A stretch of 64,000 nucleotides of DNA, from NCBI GenBank assembly GCA_013239625.1, contig MU054187.1, forward strand, positions 20,366,897 through 20,430,896. Reading direction: 5' to 3'. Positions 41,300 through 52,699 of the stretch are shown here, one piece after another. Below the pieces are notes generated by a model. It was not told the DNA's origin. It was given only the letters and a program-made list of their open reading frames with translations, and searched no databases. The translations under genes and the position numbers were made by a program. This DNA is from Lama guanicoe (taxonomy: Eukaryota). Within the stretch, counting starts at the first letter, position 1, and every line of letters begins with the position of its first letter.

Positions 41300-44000
41300 C
41301 CCAGAAGCCCCTTTATTACATCCTTCTAGGTTAGAATTTATTAAAACAGAAATTTGCAAGAGATTCAGAAAGCAGGAGTGAGTAACAGTAGATATTATTC
41401 TCTGAAAGCCATGATGGTTAGAGGTGATGAGTGACAGATTTGGAGATGCTACCAGATTCTAGCTGGTCTTTGCTGTCTCCCTGGAGACAGACAGATGCAG
41501 AAATTCCAGTGGACTGTCATTTATCCTCTGTCTACAACAGTCTACATCTAATTGTTCTCCTTTACTGCTGTCCCTGCTGATCAGCAGTAACTCTACTGTA
41601 CAACTCAGGGCAATGGGCTTCCACTCACAAGTCCATCATTTCTCCTTCAGAATCCTTCTCTGACATACCTGGAAACAGGAGGGCGGGTGAATAAATTACC
41701 CTTCATCCTTCACCTTCCCTCGCAGACCTTTACTTCCTTAGCTTCTTCCACATTTGTGCAAGATATTATTCCCATAAAAGATCCTTACTCTATAATACTC
41801 ACACTGATTTTGCTTCCTTGCCTAAACCTTCACTGACATATTTTACAAGAAAATGTCAACTTCCCTCAGGCCTCATCACAACAAACTCTCATCACCAGCC
41901 CAGATCCTAGTGTCCCACTATGAACCATATAAAGTCAATATCAGGAGAAATTTTGAATAGCAAACCAACTTCACATTTCCCATTTATTTTGGCAAAAATC
42001 TAGGGAATATGTACAAGAGTTGATTCTGTGAATATTGCACAAAACAGAGAGGAACAGAATATAAGAACAGGTGGATTTATCAATATGGGTGCACTTAAAG
42101 ATGAATTTCCATGTATTGGGCTAGCGTGATTAATGGGGAATGGTTCCAATGGTTTACCTGGTTGGTTGATTAAAGCATAAACTCAGCCTTGTTCTATATT
42201 GAACTAAGGGAGCATGAAAGCCAATTTATTAATCTATTCATTAATTATGTCCATTACAGAGGTCAAAAGACTCTCCCTTATTAGTAGCATTAACATGTAT
42301 ATAGATATTTTGAGTAGTTTCAATAACCTTGAAAAGCACTTTGGTAACTCTCAGAGTCATGGGAGCCTAAAAACACGTGAGGACTAAATACAATGTGGTT
42401 TCCTTGATGGGGACCTGGGACAGAAAAAGAGTCACATTACATAAAACTAAAGAAATCTGAATAAAGTGTGGAATTTGGTTACTAATAATGTATCAATATT
42501 GGTTCAGTTATTATGAAAATGTACAATATAATGTAAGATAATAATAATAGGAAAAACTGCATGGAGGTTACAAAGACACCATCCTTCCCAATTTTTCTGG
42601 AAATCTAAAATTATTCTAAACAATTTATTTAACAAAAGAAGAATCACAGTTACTTTTCTACAAAGTCCTAAGATAAATATAGGAGATATTACTATTAAAA
42701 GGGTCTCTCTGATTTTAGTGAACGTGAGACCACAGCTTGCAGAAGTAAAGTTTTAGCCCCTTACTACCAGTAGTGATGGGCGTTGTCACAGACAGCAGGG
42801 TCAGTGCAATGATGAGAATGCTATGCTCTGACGTGGAGGGATATTTGAAAGTAGCAAACTGCTTATGATGTCCCCGATTTTGTAAACAACTCTCAAATGT
42901 CCCCAAAACACAGACAACAGCACAAAAAAATTTTTAAAAATCCATAGTTGTGGCTATCAGAAAATAATCTTTAGTTAACGTGATAGTTTTGGTGCCTCAA
43001 ACATCTCCATGCTTGAGTTGGTTAATACATGCAAAGCTCCTTGAAAGAAGCCTTTTGATCTTCTTGGGGAAACCCCCTGAAATATCACAAAAATCTTCTT
43101 CCTGGCCTTCTCCAAAGGCTAGACAACCATTGACCCAAGTTTCATTCCATGTCAACAAGCAGTTGTCAACAAGTGATTATTGGATGCTGACTTTAGAGAA
43201 TGTTGTTCCCTCGGCCATAGGGTGGGGACTTACAGGGTTTAGGTGGGAAATGGAGTTTGGTCTGCATCCACCAAGGTTTTACGGTGACTACATGAAACCA
43301 TTATGTGTCAGAAACAGACATTTAGTAGTTGCATGAAATCAAACAGGTGGCATCCTTGCGACCGCTGATCCGATTACCATTGCTACTGCTTGTCCACTCT
43401 GCCAGCAGCATAAACCAATGTGAATACCAAAAAGACACGATAACCACGGTGGAGGGAAAAGAGAGGGGACAGCCAGCCATGTGACTGAGTGTTGATTTTA
43501 TTTAATGTCTTCTGTTTTGGAAGGAACAATAACATGTTCACCTTAGAATACATCCTTGTTCGGGGTATGATTAGCCTTCCCCTACTTGCCATGCTTCCCA
43601 TGCACTGTTAACCACTGAATTACTGAAAAGCATCATTCTAAGGTATGTCATTTCTTACAGCTTCGCTTCTGAGCAAGAAAGTCATTTCATAGCAGAAAGA
43701 ATACCCTATCATTGATAAACAGGTGATCACACAGAAAGATAAAATTACTCATATAGGACTTGGCTATGGTAACAGAGCGGAAGCAAGAACGTATGAGCTT
43801 GGATTTCTCTCTTGTGGCAGGAGATACATATTCTGAATCAGTAAACAGACTGTGATGCTGTTTCTTTTGTGGTCAGAGGAATCAATAGGTGGAAGCGGGA
43901 GAGATGCCTCTGATCACCATGTCTAATATTGATTTCTCAACTTTTTGATTCCTGTTCTTGCAACAAGAGAGCATGAAAAGACTTATCTTGAGTTGGAATT
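41300..44000 (+). mobile_element. degenerate ERVL-class remnant (LTR-like segment to ~41840, gag-like and integrase-like fragments)
   Basis: GATTTATCAATATGGGTGCACT (ERVL gag-like, ~42075). 43400-43700 follows the recalled ERVL integrase nucleotide sequence, with many stops and indels. Confidence 0.6.
42365..42635 (+). mobile_element. L1MC/ME-type 3' end nested in the ERVL remnant
   Basis: CTAAATACAATGTGG...CTGGGACAGAAAAAG...AAATCTGAATAAAGTGTGG...AAATCTAAAATTATTCTAAA. Confidence 0.72.
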
Positions 44001-44339
44001 TGAAACTGGCATTTCCCAAAAGAGGGTCAACTGAAATCTGGACCAATAGGCTGAAGAGTCAGATAGTAAACTGTAATAAAAGATCTGAGCAATCAGATAC
44101 AGGTAGGACAAGAGGTGTGAAACACACTCCAGGGAAGATTTGGGTTACTTTCTGGAGAAGGTGCAAGCTTAGAGAACATCATCAGCACACAAAAAACTCT
44201 TCTGGGTTATAATATCTTTATCACTGTGTTGACTACATATATATATGTACGTACATGTTTGTAACTTCTTACAGTATACAATAAATAATAACACATAAGG
44301 TTTATGATATGTCACTTATTAATAAAGCTATTTTTAAAA

Positions 44340-45190
44340 GAAATAGATAACTTTTGTAGCCATATAACTATAAGGAAACTGGATTATTTAAATACATTCC
44401 TACAAATAAAATTCCATGTCCAAATGGCTTTACTGATAAATTTTATCAAACTTTAAAACAAATGAATAATACAATTCAGTACAATTCTACACAATTTTTT
44501 TCATAAAATTATAAAGGAGAAATACTTTCCCCATTAATGAGATACCCTTATTATAAAACTAAAGAAATGATGACAAAATAATACCAAATGAACATCTATG
44601 CAAAATTACAAATATGAGTGTTGAAAATCATACCCAAGTACATGTAGTTAATCCATCATGATCAAGAAGGACTTATCCCAGGAATTCAGTCATTTTGACA
44701 TTTAAAAATCAGCGTAATTCATCACACGAACAGAATAAAAAAAGAAAAATGTGTTTACCTATACAGATGCAGAAAAAAATATTATCAAGAATCTAACATC
44801 AATTCTTAATGAAATTTCCCAACAAATAGAAGGACTATCTCTCAACCTGATAAAGAGCATTTACAAAACAATTCATAGTTGTCACCATACTTAGTAGTAA
44901 AAGAGTTAATATCTCTCCCTAAACTCAAGAACAAAGCAAAGATGTTAGCTCTCTCCGCTTCTATTCATCATGCCAATGGAGACCTAGTCAGCGCAACTGA
45001 GGTAAAAAATTATTCAGGTTCATAAGAAATAATTAAACTCTCCTTGTTAGCACTGTATCTGTTTTCAGGTGACCTGATAGCTGAAGAAATTACAATGGAA
45101 TGTACACAGTATCTACTTGAAATAAGTAAGTGAGTTTGCAGAATAAATCTTGCTGTTTGCAGAATAAATCTGATAGATAAAAAACAATAG
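44340..45190 (+). mobile_element. old L1 ORF2 (RT region) remnant
   Basis: Degenerate matches such as CCAAATGGCTTTACTGATAAATTTTATCAAAC, CATCATGATCAAG...ATCCCAGGAAT and CTCAACCTGATAAAGAGCAT. Confidence 0.75.
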
Positions 45191-46089
45191 TATGTCCATG
45201 TGCTGTATGTACAAATTGCACAATGTAAAATTGTACGTACAAAAGAAATAACATATTTGCATTTAAAAATTTTATATCAAATAATTTTATTCACATACAC
45301 ATGTCAGCAGGAAACCATACGTTTTATGAACGACAGTCCTTGAGCAAAGAAAAGCAGGAACCTCCAAACAGATAAGAAACCACTCATTTTGGATTGACAA
45401 GTGTGCTGGAGGCAGACAAAGAAAGGTGGTATACGGCAGAACTCTGGTGTCCAAATATAGTATTGCACTCATTATGCCCTCATTTAGAAAAAAAAAAAGT
45501 TCTTTCTTATTTATCAGAGTTTCTGGAACAAAGGGTGGCCTGTGTGCTGTGTTCTCTGCATGTTGTAGATGCTCAGTCCAGACTCAGAAGCCCCAGCCCT
45601 GCTAAAATCAGGGTCATTTGTCCAGAAGATCTGATCTTGGATCCCAAGATTTAGAGAAGGATTCAGATGGAGGGTCCAGAGAGGGTTTCACCTCCAGAGG
45701 CTGACAGCTGGTGCCATGGCTGGTGGCAGAGTCCTCGGACACTGCAAAGTTCAAATGTTTGAAGTCTAGAGGGGAAGCAGAGAAAAATAATGAGGTCAAG
45801 GAACCCCTGCGTTGCTGAAGAGGCAACTTTTAAAAGAAATGCTGTGTCTGCAGTTCACAGTGTTTACATCGAAGAAAAGCCCTTCGAATTCTAGACCTGA
45901 GTGGGAAAAAGCAATGGCTGGGCGAACAGAGCCAAAACTTCATTCACAGTGGAACAGTCCTAATCTAAAATGTATATACAGTATGAAATTATTTGATATC
46001 AAACTTATAGAAAAGAAAACATATAATATTCTTATTTCTATCCTCCAATCCCCATACACTCAAATTCTAAAAAGAACAAATAAGATAAT

Positions 46090-46760
46090 AAATTTTAGGT
46101 GACAGAAGGCAAGAGGTTTTACATTGTCAGAATATAAGAAAAAAAACTTGAATGACCTGTGTGATGATGAATCAGAGTCAGTCATAGCTGTGTAAATTCA
46201 TATTAATTTTAGAATTCATGCACATGAATAGACAGAGAAATCCACACTGAATTGTATGTATAGGTGGTTTAGTATATACACGTAGATTTCCTAGGTGTAT
46301 CTGCTGAGAGGATGTAGAGATCACAGCCTCTTGATGGCAGCCAGCATGCCAGCACCTGGCTCCTTGCTTTTAAACACAGTTAGTTCTCCAATAAAAGGAT
46401 ATGGGCCCCCTTAGACAAATGGAGAATTTAAGGGCTGAGGCAGGGAAATTACAAGATGAACATAGAGCATCTTGTAATACCAGAAAGCAAGAGAAAACCA
46501 AAAAATAAACAGGGCATGGGGAACACCACAAGGACAACCAGGACATGGGAGCCAAATACAGTGAGCTCCCAATGGCCAAATCTAAACCCAAAGAAATGGC
46601 AATAGTATTGGATTATAATTCAGTGAACAAAATGAGTATCTGCAAGTATCTATACTGATAAAAATAGGCGATTAAATAATACAATGGGTGAATAAATGGT
46701 GGCAAAGAGGCAGAAAAGAAGCAACTAATTTGACTTATACAACATAGCATCAAGCATTTA
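46090..46760 (+). mobile_element. L1MC-type 3'UTR remnant
   Basis: Matches recalled L1MC 3' region (CAGGGAAATTACAAGATGAAC...GAGCTCCCAATGGCCAAA). Confidence 0.6.
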
Positions 46761-46769
46761 TGTAAATTA

Positions 46770-46950
46770 AACACACACACACACATACACACTACAATCA
46801 TGAGTGTTTATATTTGAGTGACATATATCTATATATACACACATATGAATACCCATTGTATCTTTATATATAGTCATATATACATTATATACATATTATA
46901 CATATAATGTGTATATATATGTAAATACATATATATATATATATATATAA
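46770..46950. repeat. (CA)n and (TA)n-rich low-complexity region
   Basis: Direct reading. Confidence 0.85.
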
Positions 46951-47339
46951 AAATTCACAGTAAATGGATGCTTACTATTGCTTATTTTTGCTTACAGATT
47001 GCTATTAGGGACTCAAGAAGAAAGGAAAGAATAAAATAACAGGGTGCCCTTAAGAATACTATGTTAATAGTGTGTCATGAACTAAGAAGTATGTATCAAA
47101 AGTAATGATAAATATAAAAATTAAGAAGTAAATGGATATAATTAAAAAGTAGTCCCTGACTACTTCAGTGGTTACCAATTATTTTTATCAGCTATCTTAT
47201 TTGATGATAATTATAATTCTACACTTAATAAAAGGTAATTGTTTCTCCAGAAGTTAAAATCAAAATAAATCTATTCACCCATTTAGAATTTAAAATCCAG
47301 ACCATTAAGAGGATAAGAAGAAACAGACTCATTAAAGTG

Positions 47340-47530
47340 TCCATTTTATGTTAAGACTCATAATATACACACTATCTAGCTGAATTCTCACATCACAGTG
47401 GAGGTAGGCAATTTACTCTCACTTTATATTACAGGACATGGAGGCGTAGGGAAGTTATATAATTTGGCCAAGCTCACATAACTAGTCTGTGGAAAAGCAA
47501 ACACAGAAATCCATGTCTGCCAGGCTTTAC
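47340..47530 (-). mobile_element. MIR SINE
   Basis: ATTCTCACATCACAGTGGAGGTAGG...TAATTTGGCCAAGCTCACATAACTAGT core in reverse. Confidence 0.65.
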
Positions 47531-48502
47531 CAAATCACCCTTTTCATTGCACTGTATTTGCTTTCTTTTAACTGACCCTTGTGAAAACTTTTCTTTCTTG
47601 AGTGAAAATTGTTTATAAAATATAAAGAAGTCTCAAAATGAAAAAAATATTGCTATATCATAGCAGTAGAAACTTCTGGTTTTCCAAGCGAGGTTGGAAT
47701 TTTATGTTCCACAATTATGAATCTTCCTTTTCTACATTTTTGGTCAAAAGCGAAGCCCAGTGTCTCCAACTGCACAGACACTGTTAACATTTGGTGACAT
47801 GAGTATTTGTTACACATTGGTTTTTAGGTTAGAGATGTTCAAATTAGTGTGTCCATAAGGGAGCATTTGTGTTACACTTGTTTTCATATATCAGAAAATA
47901 AAATACTCCTTTTTATTGCTATCAACTTTATTATGTATTCTATATCATATTTTATTAAATCCAAATACTATAAATAACTATAAGCATTTATCAAATGCTA
48001 TCATAAGAACATTTACAACAACATTTTAATTTTTAATGTACTGGAAATATTTGAATCCAGAGTGTAAAGAAATTTTTTATTTAATGTGATGTATTCACAT
48101 ATATCTGTGTTTCTTTTACATGAAAAAAATGAAGCATTATTTTATCCAGAAAAAAGAAAAGAAACAAGATTTCTTCTAAATATTTGATACAAAACTGCCC
48201 TTTGTGAGCATTTCTTTTCTTAAAAGCTTGTCTACAATTTAATCTTAAATTTTTACTCTCAAGTCATCAAAAACCATAAAAATAATTTTAAAATAATAGT
48301 ATGTATATACGCAGTGAGTAATCAAGATGAGAATAAATATTCAGTCCTAAAAAGAAAATTTAAGGGTTAAGTTGGAAGAAAGGAAACTGGTTAATTGTGT
48401 GGTCCTGGAAATAGACATGCTTTTATGAAATGCGAAGTCTCTATAATAACAGAATCTTTAAAAGTTCATATAGAGGCATTGGCAATAAAGAAACAAGGAT
48501 TT

Positions 48503-48649
48503 GGGGGAAGAATATAGCTCAAGTGGTAGAGTGCATGCTTAGCATGCATGAGGTCCTGGGTTCAATCCCCAGTATCTCCTCTAAGAATAAATCAATGAAT
48601 AAACCTAAATACCTCCCCCCACCAAAAAAAAAAAAAAAAGGAAGAAAGA
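48503..48649 (+). mobile_element. tRNA-derived SINE (camelid Vic-1 type), full length
   Basis: GGGGGAAGAATATAGCTCAAGTGGTAGAG A-box head, GGTTCAATCCC B-box, AAACCTAAATACCTCCCCCC body and A-tail. 16-bp TSD AAAGAAACAAGGATTT (48487-48502) / AAAGACACAGGGATTT (48650-48665). Confidence 0.92.
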
Positions 48650-49039
48650 AAAGACACAGGGATTTTATCCAGTATTTCTTTAAAGAATGATTTCTGAGGT
48701 AAGGTTAAATTATTTACATACTTCACTTTTAAAATTCAGTAGAGAGAAGAAATTAAATCCTCACGTTAATTTCAGTGCTGTTTATGAGACTATTTAAAAT
48801 CAGAATCTATGGCTGTGAATTGTTTGAAGAAAGAGACTCATTTATTCTTCTAATTTATTTATTACTTTTGTAAACCTGTTTTGTAAAATTTGCTAGGTTA
48901 GATCCTGAAGATTTAATGGCAAACTATTCTATCTTCCTTAAAAAACACTGGATTCCCAAGAAATCACAATAGCCAAAAAAGTAATTCTAATGTATCTGTT
49001 AGTCAATAATGTATGAAAAACTAATTTTCATTAGAGAAC

Positions 49040-49960
49040 TAGAGAGGGTTACTTAATTCAGTATTCAAATATCAAGGAATTCCTTCTGTGGTAGACATTC
49101 TTATCTGTGGGCTGAAGGCATGAATGAAAGCTGTATGGATAAAAGGCAGAGACAGGAGTGGGAAGTGTTGGTGAGGAATGGAAATGAGTGCACCATGTCA
49201 AGGAAGAGGCTTAAACAAAGTGACAGTGGGAATCACTGCAGGAACCACAGGTAGTATACCACGGTAGAAAAGTCAAATGCATGATATGTGGGTGGCCATA
49301 TTGAGAAAGAAGTAAGAAACAAATAGTAAATAGATTTATCATCATTTGGGGGGCAATAGACTTCAGTAAAGAGACTGGTGATTTGTTTGCAGTGGTAGGA
49401 TCAACTGGGCATGGTGATGAAATTGCCTATGGAGAATGAGAAAAAAGGATGTGGAATTGGTTTGGGCAAAGGCTAAAGTTGTGTGTGGAAAGGAGGAGAT
49501 TTATTTTGCGGAGGGAGACATTGATTAGCTCACTCCTTAGCACATTGAATTTGATTTTCTTTTTTGTACGTCAAGTGGAGATGTCCAAGAGGAACTTGAC
49601 CTGGAGTTCAACAGCGAGCTCTAGGGAGGAGATACAGATTTAACACATCTCAGAATGTAAGTAATTTATTTCCCACACTGTAGATCGCATCTCTTATTGA
49701 GTGTGAGAAGAGTGGGAATGGAAGATGACTAGAACTGTCTTGATAATACATTACAAAGACAGAGAAGAAGCAGTTCAGAATGGATATTTTGAAGCATCAG
49801 ATGGGCAAAAGGAAAATGAATATAGTGACATGGATTCTTAGCGTGAAAATTCCTGTAAGGAGTGAGTTGTTATTAACAGTGCCAAAAGCTTTAGGGAAGA
49901 GTATGTGATTATAAGTGTGCAATGGATATAGCCATTAAGTTCGTTGATCATTAAGATGAA
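49040..49960 (-). mobile_element. L2 remnant
   Basis: CAAGTGGAGATGTCCAAGAGGAACTTG...GGAGATACAGATTT antisense L2 motifs. Confidence 0.6.
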
Positions 49961-50569
49961 AAATCCACTATTAGTGAATCTGAGGGCAATGGTAGAAGAG
50001 AATTATGGTAATCACATTCTTAGTACTAAACCCACAGTAATTAGCTCTAAGACAGCAATTACTGAATATTTGTTGAAAGAATGCAAAAATATGAATTTGC
50101 TTATCGAGTCTTAGAACATAAGACCTATGGTTAAATCTGGTTTAAACCATCACATTTCAAAGAAAGTGTTCCTTAAATTTTTAAAGATGTGGTAAAGAAG
50201 ATTATACAGTAAGTAACAAACTCAAGTCCTATTTTTTCAAACAAGTTAAACAGGCTAAACATAGGAATAGATTTATAAAGTGCTTAAACGTTTTTCTGAG
50301 TTAGAGATAAAAATTTACATAGGCTAAGCAGAGAAGCTTAGGAAACTGAATCTCTTAACTGTGTCTCACATTACTGAAGACAGCTACCACAAATTATATT
50401 GTAAAAAACAGTTTTCTATTTCTGGACCAACATGAAGTAATTTACTTATACTAACTACATCAAGGAAAGGTGAGAGTTATTATCATGAAGTTAGAAATCC
50501 TATACAAAATTTTTTTTAAATTGATTTGATGGTCTTATTAGAGTGAAGTAGGTGCAGTGAGTACAATCA

Positions 50570-50805
50570 TAGTTTTAGATTTGAGTTGTTATACTACCAG
50601 AGTTGAGATGCAATATCCAGAAATTATTAACTATATAGATTAACTATATGGATTTCTCCAAATCTCTAAATCTCAGTGTCCACATTAGTAAAATATAGCC
50701 AATAACAGTACCTGTCTCGTGGGGTTACGATGAGGATGGCAAAATAGTCTATGTTAAAACATTTACAAATCAGTACCTGGCATATGCTGGATCCTTAATA
50801 AGCCT
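50570..50805 (+). mobile_element. MIR SINE
   Basis: TCTCTAAATCTCAGTGTCCACATTAGTAAAAT...AATAACAGTACCTGTCTCGTGGGGTTACGATGAGGAT. Confidence 0.68.
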
Positions 50806-52199
50806 TTGCTGTATTATTGTTATTGTTTTTATTACAATAAATTACCATCAAATCATATCAAATATCTCACCTTTGGTTCAGTAGCTAAGGGATGCTATCA
50901 TGCTGGAGGAAAAAAATAATTAGTTGCAGTTTATTATCATTATTATTATCATCATTATAATTTTAAATTAGACATGATTATGTATAGAATGATTGTATAT
51001 GGAAACCTTGCTGCCTCTGGGTCTCCCCAGTCTGAAAGAACAAACATAAAATGAGAAGTTTCACAATTTATCTATTGGAGCTCTGGGCTTCTGCCCAAGT
51101 ATGAAACAACTGGAGATTAAGAATTTCATTTCCCACAGTGCATTTGCTTTAAGCAGAACACTTCATTTTTCAGGGGCAGCTTTCTCGAGCACATTCATTA
51201 GAGTAGGAGGCTCCATTTACTCCTCAGATTATTTTTACAGTCATACATGCTGATTCCATTTTGCTAACAGGAAAGAATTTCAGGTATTTTGAGCAAACCC
51301 CACCCCCACCCCCACCCAGTGATTTAAAGACTCTGGGGCAGAAGAAATTGCCCCAGTCAATTCATCTATTTTCCCACTATTTTTAATATGTTTAATGGAA
51401 AACTGAAACAGATTTCAATAATACTGAATTATAGGAAACTACGAGGAAAATTTGTACTCGTTTTTATGGTAAGGACATATAAACAGCGTACAGGAGGGGT
51501 GTATTTTTACTGCTTTATGTAACTTTAAGTAGCTTACAAGTTTTCTGTCTAACCTTTTTTTTTTTTTTTGTCTTACCTCAGGCCAAACAAAACCATTTTA
51601 TTTTTAGTTTATGTTTTATAACTTTGTTTCGGAGATCACACCATATAAATTATTCATAACAAATTCCTACTGCTAGTCTTTCCATAAAGCTAGCCATAAT
51701 ATATTATGAATGCTATGGTTGTTCAAAAACGTTTTAAGAGCAGAAATTTTTACAAATAAAAAGTGAGGAATGGAAACTATTAGATATATTTTGAAGAAGT
51801 TATGCAGGGGCAACCACCAGCAGAAAAAAATTAAGCAGCAACTATAATGATGACATATATCCATATACATTAGCTGTTAATTGTTTTTCTATTATTCAGC
51901 ATTAACTGTAGAAATTACATTAATAAATTACATTGATTACAGTTCTTAAAATAGTTGTAAGTAGGTAACAAAACTTTATGCAGAACTCAGAAAATATATT
52001 TGAACACTTCAAAGAAACTTTGTGGTCACATACGTACGTCTTTCACTTGTCTTTAGTCTACCAAAAACGACAGACAAATCTTAGTAAGAATCTTAAAAGA
52101 TATTTAGTTATGAAGACCTGCAATTTGGGTCATAAACAGCAAAACGGTTTCTACATTCCAGTGAAAAATTTCTTTTTCATACACTTAAGACTTTTCCTT

Positions 52200-52368
52200 G
52201 GACAGAGAATACAGACTTGTGGTTACCAGGGGGGTGGAGGGTGGGAAGGGATAGACTGGGATTTGAAAATTGTAGAATAGATAAGCAAGATTACACTGTA
52301 TAGTACAGGGAAATATACACAAAATGTTATGATAAATCACAGAGAAAAAAATGTGACAATGAAAAAAA
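52200..52368 (+). mobile_element. young L1 3'UTR fragment, truncated at both ends
   Basis: GACAGAGAATACAGACTTGTGGTTACCAGGGGG... is a typical L1 3'UTR. Perfect 13-bp TSD AAGACTTTTCCTT (52187-52199 / 52369-52381) at a TT/AAGA endonuclease-type site. Confidence 0.88.
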
Positions 52369-52699
52369 AAGACTTTTCCTTCATACTCAATTTCTTCTTG
52401 AGAGAATTTTTTTCTTAACTTGAAAATATATACAATATATATTCTTAAGCCCATCTTTGCTTTTCACTTACTAGAATACGTATGTATTCCCGCAGGATAG
52501 TTCCTGATTGCCATTTCAAGATCCCTTGAATATGGATGCTATTTTTAAAAGCTTGTTATATAATTTATTTTCCCTATGTGTATACCAATAGTGTATTTCA
52601 ATATTTAGGGCCTCTTAGGAAATACACCCTATTCTTTCCAGTTATCCACAGAGCCAGAGATTATCTACACTCATTTCTTAAAGACTTTAGCATACAGTT

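Noticed and set aside
45134..45171. 17-bp direct repeat GTTTGCAGAATAAATCT with 21-bp period
   Set aside because: Two copies only, inside an L1 remnant. This is ordinary slippage and not CRISPR-like.
48503..48580. tRNA gene
   Set aside because: A and B boxes are present, but the SINE body, A-tail, TSD and multiple dispersed copies show it is a SINE.
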